NCBI GenBank assembly: GCA_963697895.1 | Contig: OY969100.1 | Location: 896,001-960,000, forward strand | Direction of reading: 5' to 3' | DNA: 64,000 bases | From: an uncultured Methanomicrobiales archaeon | GTDB lineage: Archaea > Halobacteriota > Methanomicrobia > Methanomicrobiales > Methanospirillaceae | Made by a program: the position numbers and the translations under genes | Notes under the pieces: generated by a model | Seen by the model: only the letters and a program-made list of their open reading frames with translations | Database searches by the model: none | What the model was told of the DNA's origin: nothing | Shown here: positions 48,996 through 59,188 of the stretch, piece by piece | Position numbering within the stretch: the first letter of the stretch is position 1 | How the letters are laid out: the number at the start of each line of letters is the position of its first letter

Positions 48996-49586
48996 ATGAT
49001 AGTCCCCCGGACATTCTATGCGCAGGATACCGTCCAGGTTGCCCGGGACCTCCTCGGGTGTTATCTGGTACACCTCGAGGGGGCGGAGACGACGCTCGGG
49101 CGGATCGTCGAGACGGAGGCATATCTCCGGAACGATGCCGCCGCCCATTCCTTTATCGGAAAAACCGCGAGAAACAGCGTTCTTTTTGGCCCGGCAGGGC
49201 ATGCATACGTATATTTCATCTATGGAATGCACTACTGCGTCAATGTCGTCACCGGCGAGGAAGGAACCGGGGAGGCCGTGCTCTTCCGGGCACTGGAACC
49301 CCTGCAGGGTATTCCCGTGATGGAACGGAGGCGGAGCGTGGAGAAACCACGACTCCTGTGCAACGGTCCCGCGAAACTGGCGGAGGCGCTCGGTATCGAT
49401 CTCGCGTTCAACGGCCTTCCCCTTTTCTCCGGGCCGCTGCAGATCTGGTCCAGGGACAGCCTTGCTCCTTCCCCGGGGACTGACGATGAGGATATCGTGC
49501 AGACGACCCGGATCGGCATCACCAAATCGACAGACCTTCCCCTCCGGTTTTACCTCCGGGGAAACCGGCATATCTCGCGGAAGTAA
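48996..49586 (+). CDS. mpg: DNA-3-methyladenine glycosylase (MPG/AAG family)
   Basis: VARDLLG, GRIVETEAY, YVYFIYGMHYC.N, AVLFRALEP, NGPAKL and RIGI. Confidence 0.95.
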   Translation: MIVPRTFYAQDTVQVARDLLGCYLVHLEGAETTLGRIVETEAYLRNDAAAHSFIGKTARNSVLFGPAGHAYVYFIYGMHYCVNVVTGEEGTGEAVLFRALEPLQGIPVMERRRSVEKPRLLCNGPAKLAEALGIDLAFNGLPLFSGPLQIWSRDSLAPSPGTDDEDIVQTTRIGITKSTDLPLRFYLRGNRHISRK

Positions 49587-49689
49587 CGAGAAGGTCATTT
49601 TTTGCCCGATGTCGCTGACCCATGACCCCATAAAGGCGGCGGAGCACAATCGTGGTTAACCGGGGGGGTTTTCGATCTCGAAAGCCCCT

Positions 49690-50313
49690 TCACCAGTTCT
49701 TCCGGTAGGGGTCGAGATCTCCCTGCAAGGGAATCTCTTCTCCGGGAATCGACCAAGATTGTTCCCTTCGCCAGAGCAGGAACGACCCGACCAACGCGAC
49801 GATTCCCGCACCCACGAGGAATATCCCAAGCAGCCGGATGATGAAGATACCCGTGAACTCCGCATGAAAGAAGATCAGGATACCGAGCGCGGCAAGGAAC
49901 AGCCCCCCGATGATCGAAAGGATCCGTCTCGCCGGGGATCCGCCCTGCAAAATCGCCGTGAATACCATCCCGAGCCCGCCGATCAGGAACACCAGGGCGA
50001 CGATCACCGCGAGAAAAGCCCCGATCAGGGAAGGGTTTGTAAAAGAGACAATGCCAAGGATGATTGCACAGATCCCGAGTATCAGGGGCACCGCCGCGAA
50101 CCAGGTCCCTCCGCGGGAGAGGGAGAACGCACCGACAAAAAGCGCGATCCCGATGAGAAAGACGATCGCCCCGAACAGGTAGATGATCAGCCGGAGAGAG
50201 CTCTCCGGGAAGAAGAGGAACAGGCTCCCGATGAGGATGCTGGCGAGCCCGAGACCCAGCGGGAGTTTCCAGGAGCCGAGGACTCCGTTGCGCGAAACCC
50301 AGTATACAGGCAT
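49690..50313 (-). CDS. HdeD/DUF308 membrane protein
   Basis: Six TMs with repeated G....G.....P hairpins. Confidence 0.82.
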   Translation of the reverse strand: MPVYWVSRNGVLGSWKLPLGLGLASILIGSLFLFFPESSLRLIIYLFGAIVFLIGIALFVGAFSLSRGGTWFAAVPLILGICAIILGIVSFTNPSLIGAFLAVIVALVFLIGGLGMVFTAILQGGSPARRILSIIGGLFLAALGILIFFHAEFTGIFIIRLLGIFLVGAGIVALVGSFLLWRREQSWSIPGEEIPLQGDLDPYRKNW

Positions 50314-50464
50314 AGGGGAAGTATCTGCCCTTTTATCCAGATAAGGGTTACAGGTCAATTCCGCCGGATCTCCCCGATTCACGGTACAATGATCTGCAGT
50401 TCCCGGACAGCACCTTCCCGGGAAGTTCCATATCGGTAAATATTCCGCCCACCCACCCGTAGGT

Positions 50465-51658
50465 ATGCAGGAAAGAGTTCCCGGCCCGGAACTTGCGGAA
50501 CGGATGAGCCGTTTCCGTGACCGGATGGGGAGAGAGAACCCGGATTGGGAGTTGGCCGCGATATTTGGCAGGATTAACCTCTATTATTTCACGGGGACGA
50601 TGCAGGACGGGGTGCTCCTGATCCCCCGGCACGACGAAGCCGTCTTCTGGGTCCGAAGGAGCTATGAGCGGGCATTAACGGAATCCCTCTTCCCCGACAT
50701 CCGGTCGATGGGCAGCTTCCGCGACGCCGCAGCCGGGATGAAGGCCATTCCGCCCGTGGTCCATCTCGAGACCGAACGGGTCCCCCTCGCCTTGTTCGAA
50801 CGATTCCGGAAATATTTCCCTGTCACCCGGGCAGAGCCGCTCGATATGCAGGTGGCAATGGTCAGGGCGGTGAAGAGCGATCTCGAACTGCACCTGATGA
50901 AACGGGCGGGGAAGATCCACCGCGAGGTGCTGGAAGACCGGATTCCGGAGATACTGATGGCGGGGATGAGCGAGGCCGAATTCGGCACCGAAGTGTACTC
51001 CCTCATGGTCCGGGAGGGGCACCAGGGCATTGTCCGGTTCGGCATGTTCGAGACGGAGATCGTCGTCGGGCAGATCGGGTTTGGGGAAAGCTCCCTGTAC
51101 CCGACTTCTTTCAACGGGCCGGGTGGCTGCTACGGGATGAGCCCGGGGGTGCCGGTCCTCGGCAGCCGTCACCGGAGACTGAGGAAAGGCGACATGGTCT
51201 TCATTGATAACTCCTGCGGGGTCGACGGGTACCAGACCGACAAGACCATGAACTATATGTTTGGCGAACGGCTCCCCGAGACCACCGTAGCGATCCACCG
51301 CGAGTGCGTGGAGATCCAGGAACAGATGGCAGCGCTCCTGAAACCCGGCATCACCCCGTCGGAGATATACTCGACCATCATGAACGGGCTGGATCCCGGG
51401 TTCCTGCAAAATTTCATGGGATTCGGGGACCGGAAGGTGAACTTCCTCGGTCATGGGGTCGGCCTGCAGGTCGACGAGATGCCGGTGATCGCGAGAGGGT
51501 TCGACGAGCCGCTCCAGGAGGGGATGACCATCGCCCTCGAACCCAAGAAGGGGATACCGGATACCGGGGTGGTCGGGACCGAGAATACCTATCTGGTCAC
51601 TCCCCGCGGGGGGAAGAGCCTCACCGGGAATAACCCCGGCCTGATCCCGGTCTATTGA
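50465..51658 (+). CDS. Xaa-Pro peptidase family (M24) protein
   Basis: Creatinase-like N-domain (NLYYFTG), RAVKS..E, D...DGYQTDKT, GHGVG, ALEPK and GTENTY. Confidence 0.92.
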   Translation: MQERVPGPELAERMSRFRDRMGRENPDWELAAIFGRINLYYFTGTMQDGVLLIPRHDEAVFWVRRSYERALTESLFPDIRSMGSFRDAAAGMKAIPPVVHLETERVPLALFERFRKYFPVTRAEPLDMQVAMVRAVKSDLELHLMKRAGKIHREVLEDRIPEILMAGMSEAEFGTEVYSLMVREGHQGIVRFGMFETEIVVGQIGFGESSLYPTSFNGPGGCYGMSPGVPVLGSRHRRLRKGDMVFIDNSCGVDGYQTDKTMNYMFGERLPETTVAIHRECVEIQEQMAALLKPGITPSEIYSTIMNGLDPGFLQNFMGFGDRKVNFLGHGVGLQVDEMPVIARGFDEPLQEGMTIALEPKKGIPDTGVVGTENTYLVTPRGGKSLTGNNPGLIPVY

Positions 51659-51782
51659 TGTCGGACGGGATTCCAACGATGCACGGGACCTGCCCATGAC
51701 ACGGTTCACCACTATCCAAAAATTTATGCCTTCATGGAGTGGAGAGAAGTTCTGAAAAGAACGAATCAGGAGGCTGTCTTGA

Positions 51783-51902
51783 ATGGCAAAAGAACGGATT
51801 CATAACCCCGAAACGCATTCCGATTACCGGATTCGGCAGAGAACGACGAAGAAGGGGAAAAAAGGGCAGATCATGGGGAAGTACCATGAAAAGAAAGAAT
51901 AA
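51783..51902 (+). CDS. 39-aa basic small protein
   Basis: MAKERIHNPETHSDYRIRQRTTKKGKKGQIMGKYHEKKE*, with RBS CAGGAGG about 9 nt upstream. Not in the ORF track. Confidence 0.7.
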   Translation: MAKERIHNPETHSDYRIRQRTTKKGKKGQIMGKYHEKKE

Positions 51903-51967
51903 CCCCCGATGATCGACAATGCCCCCGCTCTCAATAATATGGGATCACTGAGTTCCGGAACGGCTTT

Positions 51968-52627
51968 ATGCCGGATTTGAAACGGTACCTCTCTGTGAAA
52001 TGGCCCGTCGGCGCCATCGCCGGGATAGCCGCAATAGTCATCTTCTGCATATGCACAGTCACCGCGGTCGTCCTCTATCCCGGACCCTATAACCCGCTCT
52101 ACGCCTGGTTGAGCAACCTCGGGAATGTCAATCTGAATCCCCGGGGAGCATTTTTCTTCAACACAGCAAATGTCCTTGCCGGGATACTGCTGATACCCTT
52201 CTTCCTCGGGTTGTTCATCTGGTATGATCCGCTCCGGTGGCGAAAGGCACTCCTTATCCTGGGGCAGGCTGTCGGCATCCTTGGATCAGTTGCCCTGATC
52301 TTCATAGGGATATATCCCGAGACCCGGATCCCCGAACACCTGATCGCCGCGGATCTCTTTTTCAGCTCCCTCGTCGTCTTTCTGCTCATCCTGAACCTGG
52401 CTCTTCTGACCCATCCCCGGTTCATGCGATGGGTGGGGTGGTACGGGTTCCTGGTTGTCGCTATGAACCTGGTCTTTGCATCATCCCTGTTCGTATACAA
52501 AGACCTTCTGGCCGATTTTAATCCTCCGATACCGGTACCGGGGCTTGAATGGGCCTCGGTATGTACGGCCCTCGTCTGGGTCGGGGCGCTATCATACAAT
52601 ATGGTGAAGACGGGCTGCCGGGGATAA
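51968..52627 (+). CDS. DUF998-like membrane protein
   Basis: YPGPYNP...LSNLG...FFN, IGIYPE...HL and several TMs. Confidence 0.8.
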   Translation: MPDLKRYLSVKWPVGAIAGIAAIVIFCICTVTAVVLYPGPYNPLYAWLSNLGNVNLNPRGAFFFNTANVLAGILLIPFFLGLFIWYDPLRWRKALLILGQAVGILGSVALIFIGIYPETRIPEHLIAADLFFSSLVVFLLILNLALLTHPRFMRWVGWYGFLVVAMNLVFASSLFVYKDLLADFNPPIPVPGLEWASVCTALVWVGALSYNMVKTGCRG

Positions 52628-52766
52628 CCGGCAGGGTATTACCCGGGGATACCCGGGCCGTTCAAGGGAACATACGGACGATGCCGGGCCTGATACCACT
52701 GTCGTTTCCGATCTCCCCGGATGAGGAGGCGATAACCTTGATGGAGTGTCCGGCTGACACATTCAC

Positions 52767-53951
52767 ATGTACGACCTTGTGCAACTCCGGCAGGAGTTCC
52801 CCGTCCTGGCGAGGTGCATCTACCTGGACAGCGCATCCACCTCGCCGACACCGGTACGGTCGGTGGCAGCGATCCATGATTATTTCTCTCATTACGGGGT
52901 CAATTACGGGAGAAGGGGCCATCACCTGGCACGGATGGCCGCAGAGAAGTTCGAGGAGACCCGGGACCAGCTGGGAGGGTTTCTCGGCGTTCCCCCGGAC
53001 CAGGTGGTCTTCACCCGGAATACCACCTCGGCGATCGACCTGGTGGCCCGGGGCATCTGCTGGGAACCGGGCGACGAGGTGATGACCACTGCCCTCGAAC
53101 ACCATGCCAACCTGATCCCCTGGCTGGCATTGCGGGATCGCGGGGTAAAGGTCCGGGTGGTCCCCCAGCAGGACGGATTTGTTTTGCCAGCGGATCTGCA
53201 GGAAGCGGTTGGCCCTGCCACCCGCCTGGTTGCGGTCAACCACATGACAAATGTGCTCGGCACGGTACAACCCGTGAGGGAGTTCGCCCGGATCGCCCAT
53301 GACGCGGGTGCAGCCATACTCCTGGACGCCGCCCAGTCGGCCGGGCATATCCCTCTGCCACCTGCAGGCGGGTTTGATTACCTGGCTGTTCCGGGACACA
53401 AGGGGCTGCTGGGACCCCAGGGAACCGGGGGCCTGTACCTGTCCGACCCGGACTCTCTCGCTGTCGCCTGTGCGGGGGGCGGTATGGGTAAAGAGGCGAT
53501 GTACGATCTGCTTTCGATTCAACCCTGCCCGGACCGGTTCAGCCCCGGTACCCCGGACCTCGCCGCAGTGATCGGGCTTGGACCGGCGATCGGGCTCGTG
53601 GAGGAGCTCGGCGTCCCTGCCATCGAGGCCCATGAGAGGGCGATGGGAGATCTCCTCCGGGACGGGCTTGTGACGATCCCGGGGGTACGGGTGTACAGCC
53701 CGCCGGAAAGTACCATCATCTCGTTCGCCCTCGATACCGTGCACCCGGACGAAGTCGCTCTCCTCCTGGACAATATGGCCGGTATCTGCGTCAGTGCCGG
53801 TTTCCATTGTGCACTGCCCCTCACCCGGTCCCTCGATCCCCGCGGAACGGTGCGGGCTTCCATCGGGTGTTACACGAGCCCGGGCGATGTGGAGGCACTC
53901 GTCGAACAGGTCCGGGTGCTCGCGGCGCGGACGGGAACAGATAAGAACTAA
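52767..53951 (+). CDS. Class V PLP aminotransferase / SufS-like cysteine desulfurase
   Basis: YLDSAST, EHHAN..PW, DAAQS, GHKGLLGP.GTG, GTP, AGFHCA and RAS. Confidence 0.9.
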   Translation: MYDLVQLRQEFPVLARCIYLDSASTSPTPVRSVAAIHDYFSHYGVNYGRRGHHLARMAAEKFEETRDQLGGFLGVPPDQVVFTRNTTSAIDLVARGICWEPGDEVMTTALEHHANLIPWLALRDRGVKVRVVPQQDGFVLPADLQEAVGPATRLVAVNHMTNVLGTVQPVREFARIAHDAGAAILLDAAQSAGHIPLPPAGGFDYLAVPGHKGLLGPQGTGGLYLSDPDSLAVACAGGGMGKEAMYDLLSIQPCPDRFSPGTPDLAAVIGLGPAIGLVEELGVPAIEAHERAMGDLLRDGLVTIPGVRVYSPPESTIISFALDTVHPDEVALLLDNMAGICVSAGFHCALPLTRSLDPRGTVRASIGCYTSPGDVEALVEQVRVLAARTGTDKN

Positions 53952-54065
53952 TTCCCGGCGCTTCTCCTTTTATTCCCGGGGTTATGGAAGGCCTGATACG
54001 TATCTTAGTTTCATGGTTTTTATTAAGAAAATCCCTATATACGTATAGCCCGGTGAAAAGACCTC

Positions 54066-54701
54066 ATGAAAAAGGACGAAACCACAGAATTTAAGGAAGA
54101 GATCCGCAGTTTCTGGAGATTATCCCTCTGGAACCTGGTATTTGGATCCCTCGTCATGGCCTTTGGGATCATGTTCGTGGTGACCCGGGTGCAGGCGATG
54201 GCCCTTGCCGGGACGATCTCGGCGCTCCCGGCCGTCACGGTGGCCTTCGGGCTCATCGCCGCAGTGGTAGGCATGAAATGGATCCTGTCGAGCGTGAGAA
54301 TCTTCCGGGACGTAAAAGACATAAAGATCGCCAGCGATGCGGCCGGTGCCGGGGCGACCGAGGAAGATCTCACGGGATTCCGGATCCGGATGATGGCCCA
54401 GTACCGGGAGAAAAAGCCGATGATCCACACGATGATGCTTGTTTCCCTCGTTGGCGGCGCCTGCTTCCTCGGCCTCGGCGTCGCGAATGTGGTCCAGATC
54501 GTGATCGCGGTTGGTGCGGGAACCTTCCCGGAAAATTACCTGCTGGTCCCGGCTGCCCTGTTAAACCTCGCCATCGGGGTGATATGCCTCCTTAATTCTC
54601 TCTATTTCAGGCGATACTCGGCGGTCTGGGACAGGAGGCTCGGGGAGATCTCGCGGTCGGAGAAAATGCTCGCGGACGCGATGGAGCAGGATCACGCATG
54701 A
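54066..54701 (+). CDS. Four-TM hypothetical membrane protein
   Basis: Two TM hairpins. ATGA-coupled to the downstream wHTH gene. Confidence 0.8.
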   Translation: MKKDETTEFKEEIRSFWRLSLWNLVFGSLVMAFGIMFVVTRVQAMALAGTISALPAVTVAFGLIAAVVGMKWILSSVRIFRDVKDIKIASDAAGAGATEEDLTGFRIRMMAQYREKKPMIHTMMLVSLVGGACFLGLGVANVVQIVIAVGAGTFPENYLLVPAALLNLAIGVICLLNSLYFRRYSAVWDRRLGEISRSEKMLADAMEQDHA

Positions 54702-54973
54702 CCGGGAGACGGAGCGAGTACGAGATCTACTGGGAGATACTCGTCTTCTGCAAGACACCGAAGTCGTTCACGGGGATCATCAACCGGTGCGATCTCAATT
54801 CCCGGACGGGGCAGGAGTACCTTGAGTTCCTCGTCTCCCGGGATTATCTCTCCATCGTCACGGGCGGGGGCAAAACCGCGTACCAGGCGACCGATCGCGG
54901 CCGGGAATATATCGCCCGCTTTACCGAGCTGTACCGGTCTTTGTTCGATGCGATACCCGGCTTCAAACTCTAA
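54698..54973 (+). CDS. Winged-helix DNA-binding protein (HTH_45-like)
   Basis: RRSEYEIYWEIL..C..P...T.I...CDLNS....YL..L...YQATDRG. Confidence 0.88.
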   Translation: MTGRRSEYEIYWEILVFCKTPKSFTGIINRCDLNSRTGQEYLEFLVSRDYLSIVTGGGKTAYQATDRGREYIARFTELYRSLFDAIPGFKL

Positions 54974-55301
54974 CGGGTATCCGCGATCTTCCGGATACGT
55001 GTTACCCCGGTTGATTCCACGGAGTCATATGAAAAACAGAATCGCCGGGTTAAAGGACTATGAATCATAATCACCGGATCACGTTACCGGGCTCTACCAT
55101 TCGCCACATGCCGCAGATGGTTCCTAATCAGCCGGGTCCAAAAAAAGAACAGTAATTATCTCAGGACTCTATACACAGTTTGATCATTCCCATAACCGCC
55201 TTCTCAAATCCGGGTATGAATACGAGGAAACCATGGAACCCTCCCGTCAAACCGCTGATGGACATACAGAAATGACGTCTATTCCGGAGATCGGCGGCCG
55301 G

Positions 55302-56402
55302 ATGACCGAAGACATGGACGACCGTTACTGCCGCCGGCTCCTGGACGAGAGCATCGACCGTGCCGTCCGGCAGACGATCCGAATCATCGTCGCAAACCCG
55401 TCCCTCGCCCTGTTCGCGGCAAATACCCTGATTGCGCAGAAAAAAGCCGCACGGCGACGCGATCGATACGGCCGGGAGGGGATCCCTGTGCCTGCGGTGT
55501 TGATCGTGAGCATCACGAACCGGTGTAACCTTTCGTGCAAAGGGTGCTATATGCGGGCGCAGCACCGGCCGTCCGCACCGGAGATGACCCCGGACCAGCT
55601 CCGGTCTGTGGTATTCCAGGCCGCAGAACTCGGTGTCTCGTTCATCGTCCTCGCCGGGGGAGAACCCCTGGTCAGGAAGGACGAGATTTTCCGGCTCTCC
55701 TTGGAATTCCCCGCAATGATCTTCGCTGTTTTCACGAACGGCCTCCTAATCGACGAGCTGACGGCGGCATCTTTCTCCCGGCAGAAAAACATCGTCCCGG
55801 TCCTCAGCTTCGAGGGGTTCGAGCGGGAAACGGATGCCCGTCGGGGGGAAGGGGTGTTCCGGCATCTCATGAGCACCTGCGCAATTCTCACCCGGAAGGG
55901 GGTCTTCTTCGGGTGTTCCTTAACCGTAACCCGCGCCAATCATGCCCTCGTCACGGACAAGACCTTCATCGGCCGGATGATAGGGGCCGGTTGCAGGATA
56001 TTCACGTTCGTCGATTACGTCCCGATTCAGCCGGATACCGAAGATCTTTTCCTGACCGGACCGCAGCGGCAGTCCCTGATCGCCCGCATCGGGGATTTCA
56101 GCCGTAAATTCCCCGCACTGTTCATCGGGTTCCCCGGCGACGAGGAGATCTTCGGCGGCTGCCTTTCGGCAGGGAGGGGTTTTATCCACGTCAGTGCATC
56201 CGGAGACCTCGAACCCTGCCCCGCCGCTCCGTTCTCGGATGCGAACCTCACGAAGGTTCCGCTGAAGGATGCCCTTCAGTCCTCCTTCCTGGAAAAGATC
56301 CGGAGCCACCACGAAAAGCTCACCGAGACCGAAGGGGGCTGTGCTCTTTGGACAAACCGCGAGTGGGTATCGGCTATTCTCTCCGGAAGCAAAGGGGAAT
56401 GA
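55302..56402 (+). CDS. Radical SAM protein with a SPASM/twitch-like C-terminus
   Basis: SITNRCNLSCKGCY, GGEPL, FTNG, GCLSAGRG..H....G..EPCP and GGC. Confidence 0.9.
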   Translation: MTEDMDDRYCRRLLDESIDRAVRQTIRIIVANPSLALFAANTLIAQKKAARRRDRYGREGIPVPAVLIVSITNRCNLSCKGCYMRAQHRPSAPEMTPDQLRSVVFQAAELGVSFIVLAGGEPLVRKDEIFRLSLEFPAMIFAVFTNGLLIDELTAASFSRQKNIVPVLSFEGFERETDARRGEGVFRHLMSTCAILTRKGVFFGCSLTVTRANHALVTDKTFIGRMIGAGCRIFTFVDYVPIQPDTEDLFLTGPQRQSLIARIGDFSRKFPALFIGFPGDEEIFGGCLSAGRGFIHVSASGDLEPCPAAPFSDANLTKVPLKDALQSSFLEKIRSHHEKLTETEGGCALWTNREWVSAILSGSKGE

Positions 56403-56470
56403 AATCCCCGATCACCGCGTGATACGGAAGGGGATCGGGGGAATTTCTTTTCGAGAGACGGGGGGACCCA

Positions 56471-57229
56471 TTACGAAGCAGGCGTTCCGAAGGTGACATA
56501 CCCGACGATGGTGCTGTTCCCGGCACTGTTGCTGACCATGAGGGTGACGATGAACGTGCCGTTGCGGGGGTACGTATGGACCGGGTTCTGCAGGTCCGAA
56601 CTCGCACCGTCTCCAAAATCCCACTCCCAGCTGGTCGGAATGCCGGTGGAGCGATCTATAAATTCAACCGTCGTCGGTTGTGCAGCCGTCGGGGGGTTTA
56701 CCGCAAACGCTGCGTTCGGAGGTACCGCTTCTGGATTCACCGTGATATAATACGATTTGGTCTCCGTGTTGCTCCCTCCGCTGTTTGACGCCTCCAGCCG
56801 GACGGTGTAGGAACCGGGTTCGGAATAGACATGCACGGGGTTCTCCCCGGTGGAAGAATTGCCGTCTCCAAAATCCCATGCCCAGCTGGTCGGGGATCCG
56901 GTGGACGAATCGGTGAACCTGACCGTGAGAGGAGCCTTGCCAGCGGTCGGGTTCGCGGTAAAATCGGCGATCGGATGTGGGACCATGCTGGGGGTTATCA
57001 TAGGACTCATGGTAAATGCCGGTGTTTCCGTTACCGAAGCGATCGGGGTGGGAGGGGGTATCGTGCCCTGGCATTCCCTGCAGGGAGTTGCGGTCGTTTC
57101 CGGAGAAGCGGGCGTTCCCATCGGGGTAATCGTATGAGTGAGCGGGGGACCGGGGGGCTGGCTTACGCATCCTGCCAGGAGCATGACGATGATGATCCAT
57201 ACCAACAGGGATACAGTCAGTAGTTTCAT
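56471..57229 (-). CDS. PKD-domain lipoprotein
   Basis: LAGC lipobox, Pro/Thr linker and two PKD domains (WDFGDG...NPVH.Y). Confidence 0.92.
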   Translation of the reverse strand: MKLLTVSLLVWIIIVMLLAGCVSQPPGPPLTHTITPMGTPASPETTATPCRECQGTIPPPTPIASVTETPAFTMSPMITPSMVPHPIADFTANPTAGKAPLTVRFTDSSTGSPTSWAWDFGDGNSSTGENPVHVYSEPGSYTVRLEASNSGGSNTETKSYYITVNPEAVPPNAAFAVNPPTAAQPTTVEFIDRSTGIPTSWEWDFGDGASSDLQNPVHTYPRNGTFIVTLMVSNSAGNSTIVGYVTFGTPAS

Positions 57230-57293
57230 GATCCGAAATCTCCGAACGTTCGACGAAAGAAAATGGCGATTCTTATCAAAATAAAAATACCCT

Positions 57294-57968
57294 CTACCCG
57301 TCGCTCACGACTTTCCCGTCCTTTAACCGTATTATCCTGTTGAAATACTCCCGGTGCCACTCCTCGTGGGAGACCATCACGATCGTCTGCTGCATCTGGC
57401 TGTTGATCTCCCGGAAAAGGTCGAGCACCATCCGCGAGTTCTCGGTATCCAGGTTCGCGCACGGTTCGTCGGCAAAGAGGATCTCCGGCCGGTTCACCAT
57501 CGCCCGGGCGACGGCGACCCGCTGCTGTTGTCCCCCGGAGAGCTCGCTCTGGAGATGCCCGCGGCGGTCGCAGAGCCCGATCCGGTGGAGGATATCTATG
57601 GTGGCCGCGGTGTACTCCTCCTCCGTCCGGTCCTGCCGGAGCATCGCCGGGAGCGAGACGTTCTCCATCACGGTCAGTTCCGGGATGAGGGCATAGTCCT
57701 GGAAGACATAGCCGAGTTTGTACAGTCGGAACATCGTCTTTTCATAGTCGGTGAGGGTGCCCACATCGATCCCTTCGATCTCGATCCGTCCGCTCGTGGG
57801 GACGTCGAGCAGCCCGAGCATATGAAGGAGTGTCGTCTTGCCGCTCCCGCTCGCCCCCATGATCCCGACGAACTCGCCCTTCCCGATGGTGAGATCCACC
57901 CCGTCGAGCGCTTTCACCTCGACCGTGCCCATCTGGTATATTTTTCTGAGGTCTTTTGTTTTGATCAT
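57294..57968 (-). CDS. ABC transporter ATP-binding protein (LolD/MacB-like)
   Basis: GASGSGKT, LSGGQQQR, FADEP and VSH. Confidence 0.95.
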   Translation of the reverse strand: MIKTKDLRKIYQMGTVEVKALDGVDLTIGKGEFVGIMGASGSGKTTLLHMLGLLDVPTSGRIEIEGIDVGTLTDYEKTMFRLYKLGYVFQDYALIPELTVMENVSLPAMLRQDRTEEEYTAATIDILHRIGLCDRRGHLQSELSGGQQQRVAVARAMVNRPEILFADEPCANLDTENSRMVLDLFREINSQMQQTIVMVSHEEWHREYFNRIIRLKDGKVVSDG

Positions 57969-57973
57969 CGAAA

Positions 57974-59188
57974 TCAGCCCTTCATGACATCCTGGATGTT
58001 CTCACGGGCCACTTTCCAGGCAGGGACATACCCGGCGATGACCGATGCGACGAAGAGGATGATGCCGTTGTACATCAGGTCCCCGATCGTCACATACGGG
58101 GTCGCAGAGAACTCAGGGGTCACCATCGGGTAGAACGTCATGTAGAGGACGAGAAGCCCGGTGAAGGCGAATCCAAGCAGGATCCCCGCGATGGAGAGGA
58201 TGATCACCTGGAACCCGTAGCTGTGCATGATGACGGTCCTGTCCACCCCGATCGCTTTCAGGATCCCGATCTGGCGGCGGTTATTCAGGGTTTTGATCAT
58301 GATGACGATGAAGAGGACGACGACCGCGATCACGAGGCTGACGAGCATCGAGACGAGACCGATGATCGAGAAACTCGCGAGTGCCCGGCCCATCCCTTTC
58401 GCGATCACGTCCTGGGTGGTCTGGACCTTCTCCATGACCCCGTATTGGAGGAGTTCGTTCTTGACGGATTGCTCGGAATATCCAGGTTTTACCTTCACCG
58501 TGATGTACGGTGCATGATCGAGCGTCTCCCCGGTCACCTCCTCCATATCCGACCAGGTGGTGTACACCCGGCTGTCCATGTCGTAATTCCCGGTGGTGAA
58601 GATCCCCTTGACCCGGTACTCCCGGGAATAGCCGTTCGCGTATTCGACGGTGATCGAATCCCCGACCCGGACCCCGCCAAGGGACGGGGTATATTCATCC
58701 TCCTCGAGTACATTCGGGGAACCGGCTACTGCACTCCCGATGATAGCCTCGCCGATGTCACCGTCCCCGAGGTAACTCCCCGCGATCATCCGGGTATAGA
58801 GGGGCGATACGTACATCTCTTCCCGCGGTTCTATCGCGTTGACCGAAGCCCCGAGTATCCTCCCCCTGAATTTCAGGGTCGCCCCCATCTCATAATGCGG
58901 GGTCGCCCGCTCGACACCGGGCATCCCGTTGATCAGGTCGAGCGTCGCACCGAGATCGCTGATGTACTGGTCGCCCGATTTCGGTGTGACCAGGATATTT
59001 GAGGTCTGGTAGTCCACGATCTGCTTCGTGATATCCACCCCGATCCCGTTGATCAGGGCAGGGAAGAAGATCATGTTCGTGAAGACCATGCTGATGATCA
59101 GCACGTTGAGGAATACGCTCGAGCGGTTCCCCCGGATCAGTGAACGCCAGGCAAGGAATAACGCGACCTTCAGTTCTTTTTTACCCAT
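57974..59188 (-). CDS. ABC transporter permease (LolE/FtsX/MacB-like)
   Basis: Starts MGKKELKVALFLAWR; TM1, large extracellular domain, RRQIGILKAIG and three TMs ending YVPAWK. Fused to the upstream gene in the ORF track. Confidence 0.88.
   Translation of the reverse strand: MGKKELKVALFLAWRSLIRGNRSSVFLNVLIISMVFTNMIFFPALINGIGVDITKQIVDYQTSNILVTPKSGDQYISDLGATLDLINGMPGVERATPHYEMGATLKFRGRILGASVNAIEPREEMYVSPLYTRMIAGSYLGDGDIGEAIIGSAVAGSPNVLEEDEYTPSLGGVRVGDSITVEYANGYSREYRVKGIFTTGNYDMDSRVYTTWSDMEEVTGETLDHAPYITVKVKPGYSEQSVKNELLQYGVMEKVQTTQDVIAKGMGRALASFSIIGLVSMLVSLVIAVVVLFIVIMIKTLNNRRQIGILKAIGVDRTVIMHSYGFQVIILSIAGILLGFAFTGLLVLYMTFYPMVTPEFSATPYVTIGDLMYNGIILFVASVIAGYVPAWKVARENIQDVMKG

Noticed and set aside
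52723-52770. Strong GAGGAGG RBS before an ATG (52741) that is out of frame with the desulfurase
   Set aside because: Might be another indel, but the protein from 52767 already has a complete family N-terminus.
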